Origin: a virus
Lineage: Duplodnaviria; Caudoviricetes
Direction: 5' to 3' (one strand)
IMG/VR virus record: IMGVR_UViG_3300031463_000547
Location: 2,031-66,030 of that record
Length of the DNA: 64,000 nt
Below, piece by piece: positions 38,330-47,477 of the stretch (its first letter is position 1; each line of letters opens with the position of its first letter). The notes beneath the pieces were generated by a model. It was not told the DNA's origin. It saw only the letters and a list, made by a program, of their open reading frames with translations, and searched no databases. Made by a program: the position numbers and the translations under genes.

Positions 38330-38632
38330 ATGCCAAAGGCGAGAGCGAATACAAATGCCATACGGAAACTGCTAGTAGACTGCGAAAAGCGACGCTACGA
38401 TCTGGCTAAACGCACAGATGCTATTCGCCATGCAGCATTGGCCATCGAGAAAGCAGCGATAGCCAAGCAACGGCGCCTGCGCAAGCAACTTCAGTCTGCC
38501 ACCGGAGATCGCCGCAGAATCCTAGAGGCGAACTACTTGGCGGAGGTGGACGCCCAACAAAAGGCGGCAAAAGCGTATTCGTTGGCATGTCACACGTTGG
38601 CGAAACTCGGAAAGCTCGAAATTGCAGTCTGA
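38330..38632 (+). CDS. hypothetical basic helical protein
   Basis: RBS AGGAGGT. Confidence 0.7.
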   Translation: MPKARANTNAIRKLLVDCEKRRYDLAKRTDAIRHAALAIEKAAIAKQRRLRKQLQSATGDRRRILEANYLAEVDAQQKAAKAYSLACHTLAKLGKLEIAV

Positions 38633-38662
38633 TTTATGCGATGTGACTGCGATAAGTAGAGT
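38624..38662 (+). promoter_or_regulatory. putative late promoter 2 with dyad GCAGTC-N15-GACTGC and -10 TAGAGT
   Basis: Matches 14677-14715 (GCAGTCTGATT...TGACTGCGATAAGTAGA); 11 nt upstream of the protease ATG. Confidence 0.7.
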
Positions 38663-38673
38663 AGGGTGAGCGT

Positions 38674-40719
38674 ATGGAGAGCTTCAACGTCATCGTGCCT
38701 CTGGTCAAGGCGACTAGGGGGAAAAATGGCGAAACCATCATTCACGGGGTGGCATCAGACGAGAGCGTTGACCTGCAGGGAGAGGTGACGCTGGCGGCTG
38801 GCCTGAAGGGCAGTTTGCCATATCTGCAGAAATTCGGCAAGTTCAATGACGACCACCGCAACGTGGATGTTGGGGAGGTAACATTCGCAGCAGTTGTGCC
38901 CCAGCGCGAATTAGTTGCAAAGGGCATTCTGGATGAAAAACTGGTGCCCGCGAACGAGTTGGACAGCGAAGTGCTGTATGTGAGCGGGCCGTTGTATAAG
39001 CATGTCGATCGCGCAAAGTACTATCGCGATGTGCTGCGGTCTGGTGGGCGGCTCGGATTGAGCATCCAAGGCATGGTGCTGGAGAGAGACATTTCAAAAT
39101 CTGGCGCCGGCCCAACAGTCAACAAGAGGTGCTTCGTCAACAAAATTGCCATAACCGATCAGCCCATCAACCCGAACACATGGGTTGCATTGCAGAAATC
39201 ATTTGGCGGCTCATCAGAGGGGCCGAAACCATTCATGCGCGCACTATCCAAGGCGCTGGAAACCGGGACGGGAATCGTAAGCGAGAACGATACCGGAGGA
39301 GCGGCGTTGCGGAGGCAGAGTCTGGAGCGAACGCGCCGACGACGCGCAAGGAGGAAAGGCGTTACAACCATGAACACAGACCTGAAGTGTTTCGTAACCG
39401 ATGTCGAAAAGAGTCTGGGCGGCCTGAGTGCCGATGAGGTGTCGGCACTAATTTTGCGTGAATTAGAATCATCCGGTGTTGCTGAAACCGACACTGCTCA
39501 CTTCGATAGGCCGTGGGTCCAAGCGCTATATGACGATCATGCAATAATCGCCCGGAACAACAAGTATTACCGGTACGACTACGCGATCAGAGACAAGAAG
39601 CTTGCTAAGTTGCGGTTTGTGGGTGAGGTCGCACAGGAGCGAAATTGGGTGCCCGTACCGCCGACAGAAGGCGAAGTCCAGAAATCACTGCTGGATGTTG
39701 GATCGTTGGATAGTCCGCGCCGCGTGCTGGAGGCGTGGAGGAACTTGCAGAAGGCAGTTGGTACCGGACATTATTCAGCCAGCGAGATCACACAGGCAGC
39801 AAAACGCATTCGCGAAGCTGCTAAAGGAGAGAGCAGATTGTCGAAAGCCATCGAGATAGACGCAGAATCATTTGGTGCAACCAACCTGACCAAGGGTTTC
39901 GTGGAGAACGAGTTAGCACTGTTGGATTGGTTGGAGACCGCATCTGATACGGAGTTTGATGATGCGCTTTCCAAGTCCTTGACAAAGGGCCGAAAGGCTG
40001 CAGCGAAGAACGATAAGAAGTCACCAGAAGCTGATGAGAACACGTCCCCAATCGAGGAAGATGAGGACGAGGACGAAGAGCTTTTCGGCCAAGACGAAGA
40101 GGAAGACGAAGACGAGGAAGAAGAGGAAGACGAAGAGGAAGACGAAGACGAGGAAGAAGAGGAAGACGAAGAGGAAGAGGAAGAAGAAGAGGAAGAACCG
40201 CGACGAACTCGGAGATCGAAGAAATCCTTTGCAGACAAGATGATCGAGGAAGGTGGGCCGGAAATTATCGAGGCCATCGATATGTCACCAATTTTGGCAG
40301 GATTCGTTGACACCATAGGTAAATCCCTGGCGAGCGTGGAGTACGCAATAGAGGAGCTTGGCGAGCGTGTGAGTGCTTTGGAGACCAGCCGAAACGGGGA
40401 TGGTCTCACGAAATCGCTGGAGCCGATAATTGCGTCGATAAATGAGATTCGGGAGAATCTGGACGAAATTGGCAAACAGCCGCGGCCACGAGGCTCATAC
40501 ACGGTGCTCAACAAGGGATTTGAGGCGGGATCAGGCTCGTCTGATATGACACGGGAACATGCGATGAGCGTGCTAGTTAGAGCCGCTCAGGAGGGGTTGA
40601 CCAGCGGGGCGATGGTAACACAGCTCGAACTGACGCCTGGGACGGGCGTACCCGCCGAGATCGTGCCGATTGTCAAGAGTTTGGAGAGCAAACTGAAGAG
40701 CGCAGGTATCAGCGCATAG
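38674..40719 (+). CDS. prohead protease fused to scaffold
   Basis: IHGVASDESVDLQGE, FNDDH, LGLSIQG, IAITDQPINPNTW protease motifs; acidic coiled-coil C-terminal half; directly upstream of the capsid gene. Confidence 0.85.
   Translation: MESFNVIVPLVKATRGKNGETIIHGVASDESVDLQGEVTLAAGLKGSLPYLQKFGKFNDDHRNVDVGEVTFAAVVPQRELVAKGILDEKLVPANELDSEVLYVSGPLYKHVDRAKYYRDVLRSGGRLGLSIQGMVLERDISKSGAGPTVNKRCFVNKIAITDQPINPNTWVALQKSFGGSSEGPKPFMRALSKALETGTGIVSENDTGGAALRRQSLERTRRRRARRKGVTTMNTDLKCFVTDVEKSLGGLSADEVSALILRELESSGVAETDTAHFDRPWVQALYDDHAIIARNNKYYRYDYAIRDKKLAKLRFVGEVAQERNWVPVPPTEGEVQKSLLDVGSLDSPRRVLEAWRNLQKAVGTGHYSASEITQAAKRIREAAKGESRLSKAIEIDAESFGATNLTKGFVENELALLDWLETASDTEFDDALSKSLTKGRKAAAKNDKKSPEADENTSPIEEDEDEDEELFGQDEEEDEDEEEEEDEEEDEDEEEEEDEEEEEEEEEEPRRTRRSKKSFADKMIEEGGPEIIEAIDMSPILAGFVDTIGKSLASVEYAIEELGERVSALETSRNGDGLTKSLEPIIASINEIRENLDEIGKQPRPRGSYTVLNKGFEAGSGSSDMTREHAMSVLVRAAQEGLTSGAMVTQLELTPGTGVPAEIVPIVKSLESKLKSAGISA
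40054..40197 (+). repeat. poly-Asp/Glu coding tract with a 36-bp tandem unit
   Basis: GACGAAGAGGAAGACGAAGACGAGGAAGAAGAGGAA at 40093-40128 and 40129-40164, plus partial copies. Confidence 0.85.
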
Positions 40720-40745
40720 TTGCATAGGGACAACTGAATAGTTAC

Positions 40746-40809
40746 GGCCGAGAGGACCAACCACGAGCCGAAGCATTTCCAGAGATGGGAGCGCTTCGGC
40801 TTTTTGTTT
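40746..40809 (+). terminator. conserved antiterminator-hairpin/terminator cassette, copy 3
   Basis: GGCCGAGAGGACCAACCACG AGCCGAAGC...GCTTCGGCT TTTTGTTT, upstream of the capsid gene. Confidence 0.8.
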
Positions 40810-40834
40810 GCACGACAAAGGAGGAAAACCACTA

Positions 40835-42304
40835 ATGCTGAACCTTGGTTCATTTGTAGGGATACAGGACTACCCTGCTGGATCGGCGATCCAAGGGATG
40901 ATGTCCAATGAAGACGTGGCGGTGTTGGCGAAGGCGCTAGAAACAGGCAGCGGTATCGTGGCTGCGGACGCAACCGGCGGCCAGGCACTGCGTGTACAAA
41001 GTCTTGAGAACACTCTAAAGATTGTGGCCCCGCAACAGAAAAATCTGCGGCTATGGCCACGACTGAGTAAGGAACCGGTCCAATCAACAACCGTTGAATT
41101 CACCCGACAGGATACTGCATATGGCGAGGGGTTGGGTGATGGATTCATCGGAGAAATTGCGGAAGCCAGCGTTTCCGACGAGACCTACATCCGCAAGGTA
41201 GCGTTGGTGAAGTTCATAGGTGCGCAGGGGCAGGTATCACTGGCGCAGCAGTTGGTCAACAACATTGTCAATCCCATCCTTGCTCAGCAGGTGAGCGCAA
41301 AGACTACGGCAGTGCTGCTCAAGACCGAGCATGCACTTGTGTATGGCGATTCCGCCCTGAATCCGCTCTCCTATGACGGATTCATCGCGCAGATATTGAA
41401 GGCAGCATGGGCCGACCCCAGCGGGTTGGGCAATCCGGTTAACGGCATTGTGATTGACTGGGAGGGCAACCCGCCAGACCAGGCGATGATTGAGGACGCA
41501 GCACAGCGTGTGCAGAACCGCTACGGAACTCTGGACTATGCACTGATGGGCACGGATGTCAAGAGCAGTCTGACGAAGGCGCTCTTCCCAGGCCAGTATA
41601 TCCCCCAACCGCCGAATGCAGAGGGCCGCTATGGAACCCCATTCCGGATTTACGAATCGTCATATGGGCCTGTAGAGTTGGAGGGCAGTGTATTTGTGCG
41701 TTCATTCGGCTGCTCACAGACGGCGGTCGGTGGGTCGAGCGCGCCAGCAGCAACGGATGCAGTCACAGTAGCGGTTGCATCAGACTCATCGTCAAAGTTG
41801 GACAAGGGGACATACTACTACTGGGTGACGATGTGCCGGAGGGGGTTCTCGTCAACTCCGCTCGCCGTAACAGGCGAAACGACGTCCGTTAGCCAGAAAA
41901 TCACCCTGACTGTTGCCGACGCCAAGTTCGCGCCGGGAGGCACTCCGAACGCGGAGTATATTTCGATCTATCGGTCGCAGATAAACGACATCACGACAGC
42001 GACCCTGATCGCACGAGTGCCACGCGGTTATACGTATGATGGCACGAGCTGCAGAGCCGATGGGCCGAACACGGTGTATGTGGACGTCAACCAGAACCGA
42101 GACAACTGCGGGGAAATGATCGGATTCACTTGGGATACGAACCAGGTGCTGACGTTCAAGCAGCTTGCTCCGCCGATGAAGCTCGATTTGGCGATCGTGG
42201 GGACGTATACCCCGTTCATGTGTCTCCTGTATGGCACACCGGTCGTCTATGCGCCGTCGAAGTTGGTGTATGTGAAGAACATCGGCAAATTGCCTCGTGG
42301 TTAG
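40835..42304 (+). CDS. major capsid protein (Twort/SPO1-like, with inserted beta-domain)
   Basis: KALETG...GGQALRVQSLE, EHALVYGDS...YDG, VIDWEG, QLAPPMKLDLA, LLYGTPVVYAPSK..YVKNI; RBS AAGGAGG. Confidence 0.9.
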   Translation: MLNLGSFVGIQDYPAGSAIQGMMSNEDVAVLAKALETGSGIVAADATGGQALRVQSLENTLKIVAPQQKNLRLWPRLSKEPVQSTTVEFTRQDTAYGEGLGDGFIGEIAEASVSDETYIRKVALVKFIGAQGQVSLAQQLVNNIVNPILAQQVSAKTTAVLLKTEHALVYGDSALNPLSYDGFIAQILKAAWADPSGLGNPVNGIVIDWEGNPPDQAMIEDAAQRVQNRYGTLDYALMGTDVKSSLTKALFPGQYIPQPPNAEGRYGTPFRIYESSYGPVELEGSVFVRSFGCSQTAVGGSSAPAATDAVTVAVASDSSSKLDKGTYYYWVTMCRRGFSSTPLAVTGETTSVSQKITLTVADAKFAPGGTPNAEYISIYRSQINDITTATLIARVPRGYTYDGTSCRADGPNTVYVDVNQNRDNCGEMIGFTWDTNQVLTFKQLAPPMKLDLAIVGTYTPFMCLLYGTPVVYAPSKLVYVKNIGKLPRG

Positions 42305-42317
42305 AAAGGAGCATCGC

Positions 42318-43163
42318 ATGAACGCCCCCAGTGTACATCGCAAGAAGGATTTGTTGCAGGCATTGGATATTAGCCTGCCACCGATAGTGATCCCCTTGGT
42401 TAAGGGGAACGTGTCGGCGGCAGCCGATAAGGTCGGGTTCGTGCTACCGGACAAACTGACGCTGTCGAAGATCGCAGGCCGGCTCGCTACAGGCGGCGCC
42501 GGCACAAACACCACGAAAACGGTGGTGGACATGCTCATCGATGGTGTGTCGGTCCTGAGAGAGCGATTGGCTCACGTGCTGGTATATACGGCCGGTGATC
42601 AGACATATACGGACCAGACTGACGCGGCTTGGACTGTTTCCGGTAGCGATGCATTCGAGTTCTGCGCAGCGACTGGTGACCGACTCTACATCGGTCACCA
42701 TAAGCCATTCAGATCGCTGTGGTATAGCTCGGCGGTGGCCGGCAATACTGGCGCCGCAACGTTTAAATACAGTCGTGCTGGCGATACAACGCCGGCTGGC
42801 TCATTCAGCGGCCTAACAAATGGCACTCTTGGATCAAAACCATTCGATCAGAGTGGACTGATTACATGGACAATGCCGAGTAATTGGGCACCCATTACCA
42901 TCAACGGAATATCCGCCTATTGGATGTCCGTGGCATTGGCTGCGACAATTACAACGGCGCCGCAGGCCGCAGAAATCTCGATTGCAGACGGCCTCATCCA
43001 GATTGCAAAGGGCGACGGTAGTGCCGTAGTGACAGATATTGTCACACTAGCCAAACCATTGGTGCTGCGCGCGGGTGAGACGATCAGCTTGGATATTAAG
43101 GCCGTACCGGAAACGACGCCACCGACCGATCTTTCGGTTAGCTTAGGACCGTCACTGCTTTAG
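42318..43163 (+). CDS. putative capsid decoration protein
   Basis: Follows the capsid gene; RBS AAGGAG; beta-rich. Confidence 0.55.
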   Translation: MNAPSVHRKKDLLQALDISLPPIVIPLVKGNVSAAADKVGFVLPDKLTLSKIAGRLATGGAGTNTTKTVVDMLIDGVSVLRERLAHVLVYTAGDQTYTDQTDAAWTVSGSDAFEFCAATGDRLYIGHHKPFRSLWYSSAVAGNTGAATFKYSRAGDTTPAGSFSGLTNGTLGSKPFDQSGLITWTMPSNWAPITINGISAYWMSVALAATITTAPQAAEISIADGLIQIAKGDGSAVVTDIVTLAKPLVLRAGETISLDIKAVPETTPPTDLSVSLGPSLL

Positions 43164-43183
43164 GTAACAAGGAGGGGCATAAC

Positions 43184-43672
43184 ATGGAACTCATCATTCG
43201 TGTTTGCATTCCATCGGCGGCAGGCGCAGCTATTTACACGCCCGCAGGCAAAATTGAATTTGATGCAAACGGTGTGGCCGAACTGCCTGCAGGTTGGACG
43301 CAGTATCTGCGCGGCTATCCAGACCTAACAGTCTATGATGGACAATCGCCGTCATCTCCGGCTCCAGAGACAGAAATAGAATCAGAATCGGGGCCGGAGT
43401 TTTCTGAGCCGCCGAACGAAAACACCGCTGTCCATACAGATTTCGAGAAGCTCCGAGTGTTTGTAGATGGCGATCAGGTCTGCGCGATGCGTGGGGATGA
43501 TGGTCCGGCGGTGTTTGTAGATCGGGCAGAGGGCGTAACTGGGGACGTAACGGAGGCCGAACGCGAGGCAGTACTGGCAAAATGGCATGCCACACATGCC
43601 GAGGCTGATGTTGGTTCGCACAAACCACGGACACGAAAGCAGCGAGCGAAAGCGAAGCGAGCTTCTGCATAA
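43184..43672 (+). CDS. hypothetical protein
   Basis: RBS AAGGAGG; ORF ends before a terminator. Confidence 0.7.
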   Translation: MELIIRVCIPSAAGAAIYTPAGKIEFDANGVAELPAGWTQYLRGYPDLTVYDGQSPSSPAPETEIESESGPEFSEPPNENTAVHTDFEKLRVFVDGDQVCAMRGDDGPAVFVDRAEGVTGDVTEAEREAVLAKWHATHAEADVGSHKPRTRKQRAKAKRASA

Positions 43673-43700
43673 CAGAGCTACAAGTGAAACAAGAAAGGCG

Positions 43701-43736
43701 GGGGCGGGTGGATCGTGCTCGCCCCCATTTTAGTTT
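43701..43736 (+). terminator. intrinsic terminator after the capsid module, lacking the conserved leader hairpin
   Basis: GGGGCGGG...CTCGCCCC stem followed by ATTTTAGTTT. Confidence 0.6.
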
Positions 43737-43750
43737 GATGGATAGATCCG

Positions 43751-44545
43751 ATGGATGTGACTGCAGTACGCGATGAATTGATCGGGCTGGATGCCGCGCC
43801 ATATATGACTCGGTTGGGAACGACGGAAACAGCTATCAACCAAAAGCTTGCCACTTCGATTGCACAGGCACGCGCGCGCGTCCAACGCGAACTGCATTTG
43901 ACCTTGGACACTACGGTCATAAAATCCAATCCGGATGCTGGAGTACAATTCGATGTCGAGGAAGAGCCATACGACTACTTTACCAGCGACTATCGGCATT
44001 TTGGTTGGTTGAAACTCCGGCGTAGGCCGGTGCAGTCGGTAGAACGGGTTCGGCTGATGTTGGGGCCGCAGATGACCATCTTCACCTATCCGCGTGAGTG
44101 GATTCGAGTACGGCACAAGCAGGCACATATCCAGATCGTGCCGACTCCAGGCGCGGCATTCCAGAACCTAGTGATGGCCAATGGGCTATATTATCTACCC
44201 TATCTGAGTGCGGCTCCGATCTTCAATGAATACCCACAACTAATAGCCGTGGACTATACGGCAGGTATCGGGGACGCGCTGGCAAGCGACGAGTATGCAG
44301 ACTTAGCATTGCAGATTGCCAGGTTGGCAGCACGGGAGGTTTTATTGAGGTTGGATAATGCTGTCAGTCCCGGCGTGCAGTCCAGAAGCATATCCGAGGA
44401 CGGCGCAAGTGAATCGACAAGCTACGCGCGCGGACAGACCAAAACACTTTTCGGCGCCCATATCGATCAGATAGAAGCGGATTGGGAACGGTTCAAGTTG
44501 ATGTGGCAGGGCCATAATACAGGGCCGATCTTTACAGTGGTATGA
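43751..44545 (+). CDS. head-tail adaptor (neck) protein
   Basis: PYDY...FGWLKLRRRPVQSVE, PQLIAVDYTAG, SRSISEDGASES. Confidence 0.7.
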   Translation: MDVTAVRDELIGLDAAPYMTRLGTTETAINQKLATSIAQARARVQRELHLTLDTTVIKSNPDAGVQFDVEEEPYDYFTSDYRHFGWLKLRRRPVQSVERVRLMLGPQMTIFTYPREWIRVRHKQAHIQIVPTPGAAFQNLVMANGLYYLPYLSAAPIFNEYPQLIAVDYTAGIGDALASDEYADLALQIARLAAREVLLRLDNAVSPGVQSRSISEDGASESTSYARGQTKTLFGAHIDQIEADWERFKLMWQGHNTGPIFTVV

Positions 44546-45207
44546 ACGATTTCGAGGTCGCAGTGCACAGGGAGTTTATCCATCGGCGCGGAGAGTCGAT
44601 CCGGTGGTATCGCAGTATGCCGTGTGCATGCTTAGACGTTATGGGCGGCACGCATGACAGACAGTGCTCGATCTGTGGGGGCATAGGCTATCGCTATGAA
44701 CGGCAGAATCCAACCAGCGATAAGGCCCTGGTTCGACAGGTGGACGAGGAAAGGCAATTCCGAAGCTATGGGCAATTGCAGGTCGGCAACATAACGATCA
44801 CCACAATGCCGGATGAATTGCCCATAGGTGAAGGAGATTTAATAGACCTTGTCGAGCGACGGTTCCGGCATTCGGAGGTCATTAACCATACAGGGCTAAC
44901 CGATGCTGTGCACTGGCAGCCGGTTGTCGAGCTGATAGAGGTGCGGAGCCTGACAAAAACATATGCCATTGGTGACGATGAAGGGCAGGTTGGCATTGCC
45001 GAAGATGGCGGTGGAATCATATGGCATTGCGAGGAAGGCGCCCCTGTGTTGCCCCCAGCAGGAGAGCGGCTGACGGTGGTATACGGATGGTGTCCGCGCT
45101 ATATCGTGATGCCAGGGATGGTAACGACCAGACGGTCAGTGGGCGGAACCAGCATGCCGCAGCGCGTCGCCGCGAAGCTATGGAACCGCGATGAAGTAAA
45201 ACAATAA
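44542..45207 (+). CDS. head closure/neck protein
   Basis: GESIRWYRSMPCAC...CSICGGIGY pattern; position after the adaptor. Confidence 0.65.
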   Translation: MNDFEVAVHREFIHRRGESIRWYRSMPCACLDVMGGTHDRQCSICGGIGYRYERQNPTSDKALVRQVDEERQFRSYGQLQVGNITITTMPDELPIGEGDLIDLVERRFRHSEVINHTGLTDAVHWQPVVELIEVRSLTKTYAIGDDEGQVGIAEDGGGIIWHCEEGAPVLPPAGERLTVVYGWCPRYIVMPGMVTTRRSVGGTSMPQRVAAKLWNRDEVKQ

Positions 45208-45220
45208 CGAGGTGAATACG

Positions 45221-46027
45221 ATGCCTGCAATACAGTTGATTTCTCCTGACGATATGATTGCGGTGACCGACGCCATCGGTCAGATTCGGACAGCGCTGGA
45301 ATCCGCCGTAGACACGTCTGACGACTGGGCGTCGCAGATACTGACCACGATCTTGGGCATAACGGATCCTAATTCGTTCTATGTTGGTCAGGACCTGCGT
45401 CTGCCAGCGTGGGACCTGAAGGAGTTGTTTACGAGTGACGCCGTGACACGTATGCTACTGCAGGGATTTATTGCGGCGCTGAATCAGCACTGTAGCCAGC
45501 GAGGTCTGGTGGTCAGTTCCAATATACGCGATATAAACTCCTTTGCCACCTTCTTCAACGCCGCCGGCAATTTCTACGATGTGCTTTATAGCCCGGCATT
45601 CGCGGCAGCCTATGCTGCGGTATTTTCACCTACCCTTTCGGCGGCGAACTGCTATTCGCCGGAGATCAAACAGTCCGGCCAGGGAGTGGCGATGGGAAAG
45701 TGGGACTACAATGGTGGCAACCCGGTATTCACAGATGGTGCGGCAGTAGACGCGGCCTATCTGGGGGCGGTTCCGAAACTCAAGGTGACGAGTCAGATTA
45801 CGAAAGCCGGGCAAGACGATATTGTCGTTACAGTAACCGGCGTAGACCATACAGGTGCATCCGGTACGCATTGGACATATACAGCATCGTCAGACATCGC
45901 GCCCGGCAATTATGATTTTGCGGAAGCAGACCAAAAGTGGATTCGCAATGTAGCGGCGAGCAACGGCATCGCCGTAGAGGGCGCCAGTAGCGGCATATGT
46001 TATGTAGAGGGCTGGGAACCGCGCTAG
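45221..46027 (+). CDS. hypothetical virion protein
   Basis: RBS GAGGTG; located in the neck module. Confidence 0.65.
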   Translation: MPAIQLISPDDMIAVTDAIGQIRTALESAVDTSDDWASQILTTILGITDPNSFYVGQDLRLPAWDLKELFTSDAVTRMLLQGFIAALNQHCSQRGLVVSSNIRDINSFATFFNAAGNFYDVLYSPAFAAAYAAVFSPTLSAANCYSPEIKQSGQGVAMGKWDYNGGNPVFTDGAAVDAAYLGAVPKLKVTSQITKAGQDDIVVTVTGVDHTGASGTHWTYTASSDIAPGNYDFAEADQKWIRNVAASNGIAVEGASSGICYVEGWEPR

Positions 46028-46702
46028 ATGGGAGCGATATTAGAATTCGACGGAGTTCAGGAGTTCTTGGATGCGATAGCCGGTATACGGCAACGAATGC
46101 TCAATCTGCGCAAGTTCTTGCGCCAAGTCGCGATCTATCTGCGAGCGGGGTTTGCTGAGAATTTCAATGCCGAAGGTCGGCCTGAACATTGGGCTCCACT
46201 ATCTCCATCGACGATTGCTGAGAAGCGGCGGTTATTCGAAGCCGGGTTGATCCGCGGCAGGCGGCGAGGAATCCGAGTTAGATTGGGGCCGAGTGGCGAA
46301 CAGCGTGGCGAACTGCCTGGAATCCTGATACGCACAGGCGCGCTCAAGGATTCCGTAGCACGGTCTCATACGCGCGGAAACATCGAACGGATTAGCGGTG
46401 ATGGCACGCTACTCGAAGTGGGTACCAGCCTGCCATATGCTGACGTGCATGATCGGGGCGGCCAAAGCAGCTATACGATCAGTCCAAGCCAAAAGGGCTT
46501 TTTGGCATGGTTCGGCATCGACCGCAAGACCGGTCAGCCGGGCTGGATATTTACCAGGCGACCCGTAAATCATCCTCCGATGCCAAGACGCAGTTTCTTG
46601 GTCATTACTGAGGATGTATGGCAGCAAATTCAGCATGCGGCTGCTGCATTGGTGGACATAGATGGCGATACTGCAGATAACCAACATTCTGAATCCGCGT
46701 GA
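46028..46702 (+). CDS. virion morphogenesis/tail completion protein (Mu gpG-like)
   Basis: NFNAEGRPEHWAPLSPST, LIRTGALKDS, VGTSLPYADVH, MPRRSFL. Confidence 0.8.
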   Translation: MGAILEFDGVQEFLDAIAGIRQRMLNLRKFLRQVAIYLRAGFAENFNAEGRPEHWAPLSPSTIAEKRRLFEAGLIRGRRRGIRVRLGPSGEQRGELPGILIRTGALKDSVARSHTRGNIERISGDGTLLEVGTSLPYADVHDRGGQSSYTISPSQKGFLAWFGIDRKTGQPGWIFTRRPVNHPPMPRRSFLVITEDVWQQIQHAAAALVDIDGDTADNQHSESA

Positions 46703-47447
46703 TGGAGTTACCGTAGACATTGAACTGGACCGCGCGCCGATTGGGCAACTCTCAGTGCTGGTCAGTCCAGTGCCCGATGAATATGGGACTACCGCAGCAA
46801 TCAACCAGATAGCAGCGCAGCGCTATCGCGTAACGTTGCCATATTCGAATGACGAGGCGGCTCCGCGGCTGCTGTATTTCACGGCGCATGATGACCAAGG
46901 CTACTCGACATATCGGGATTCTCAGGGCTATATTCAGGGCCAAGCGGCGGCGTGGATCGGCAAAACCACAGAGGATGAGCTTACCGACATAATGAAGCGG
47001 CTACGGCGCCGGATCGTCGATAACAAGGTAGGGATCGAAGCCAGACTACGTGAGATCGAGCCGAATATCACTCTCAAGCAGATCGTTTGGGGCATGGGCG
47101 AGAAGATCGAGTCATACCCATCCATTGAGATCAATCAAGCGGCGCTGCGAGAGACATATGAGGGGACGGACTATTTCCGACTCGTCAGTGCAGAGGCTCA
47201 GCTATTTGGTTACATCGTTCATCAGATTCCGACCATTGAAGCCGAGTTGGTGAGCGCCTTCGGGCGTGCGGTGCAGAAGATTTTGAACCAAAAAAGCTAT
47301 GAGCAAATGACATTGGCCAACGGACAGGTGCTCACGCGCTGCCAAGCACAGAATCTGGCATTCGACAATAACATCTGGGATGGACAGCGTTTCGTTTCGA
47401 GTTGGTCTCTGGACTGGAGTGGAGAGTTCGGCGAAACGCTGCCGTAA
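46662..47447 (+). CDS. putative tail terminator
   Basis: Position before the tail tube; YPSIEI motif. Confidence 0.5.
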   Translation: MAILQITNILNPRDGVTVDIELDRAPIGQLSVLVSPVPDEYGTTAAINQIAAQRYRVTLPYSNDEAAPRLLYFTAHDDQGYSTYRDSQGYIQGQAAAWIGKTTEDELTDIMKRLRRRIVDNKVGIEARLREIEPNITLKQIVWGMGEKIESYPSIEINQAALRETYEGTDYFRLVSAEAQLFGYIVHQIPTIEAELVSAFGRAVQKILNQKSYEQMTLANGQVLTRCQAQNLAFDNNIWDGQRFVSSWSLDWSGEFGETLP

Positions 47448-47477
47448 CAGATATTGAGTCACATCAAGAAGGCGAGC

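Noticed and set aside
39771-40514. Minus-strand poly-Ser ORF
   Set aside because: It is the antisense shadow of the Asp/Glu tract in the scaffold.
43673-43736. Fifth full antiterminator cassette
   Set aside because: A terminator is present, but the GGCYGA-RAGG-ACMWA-CC leader and AGCCGA arm are absent.
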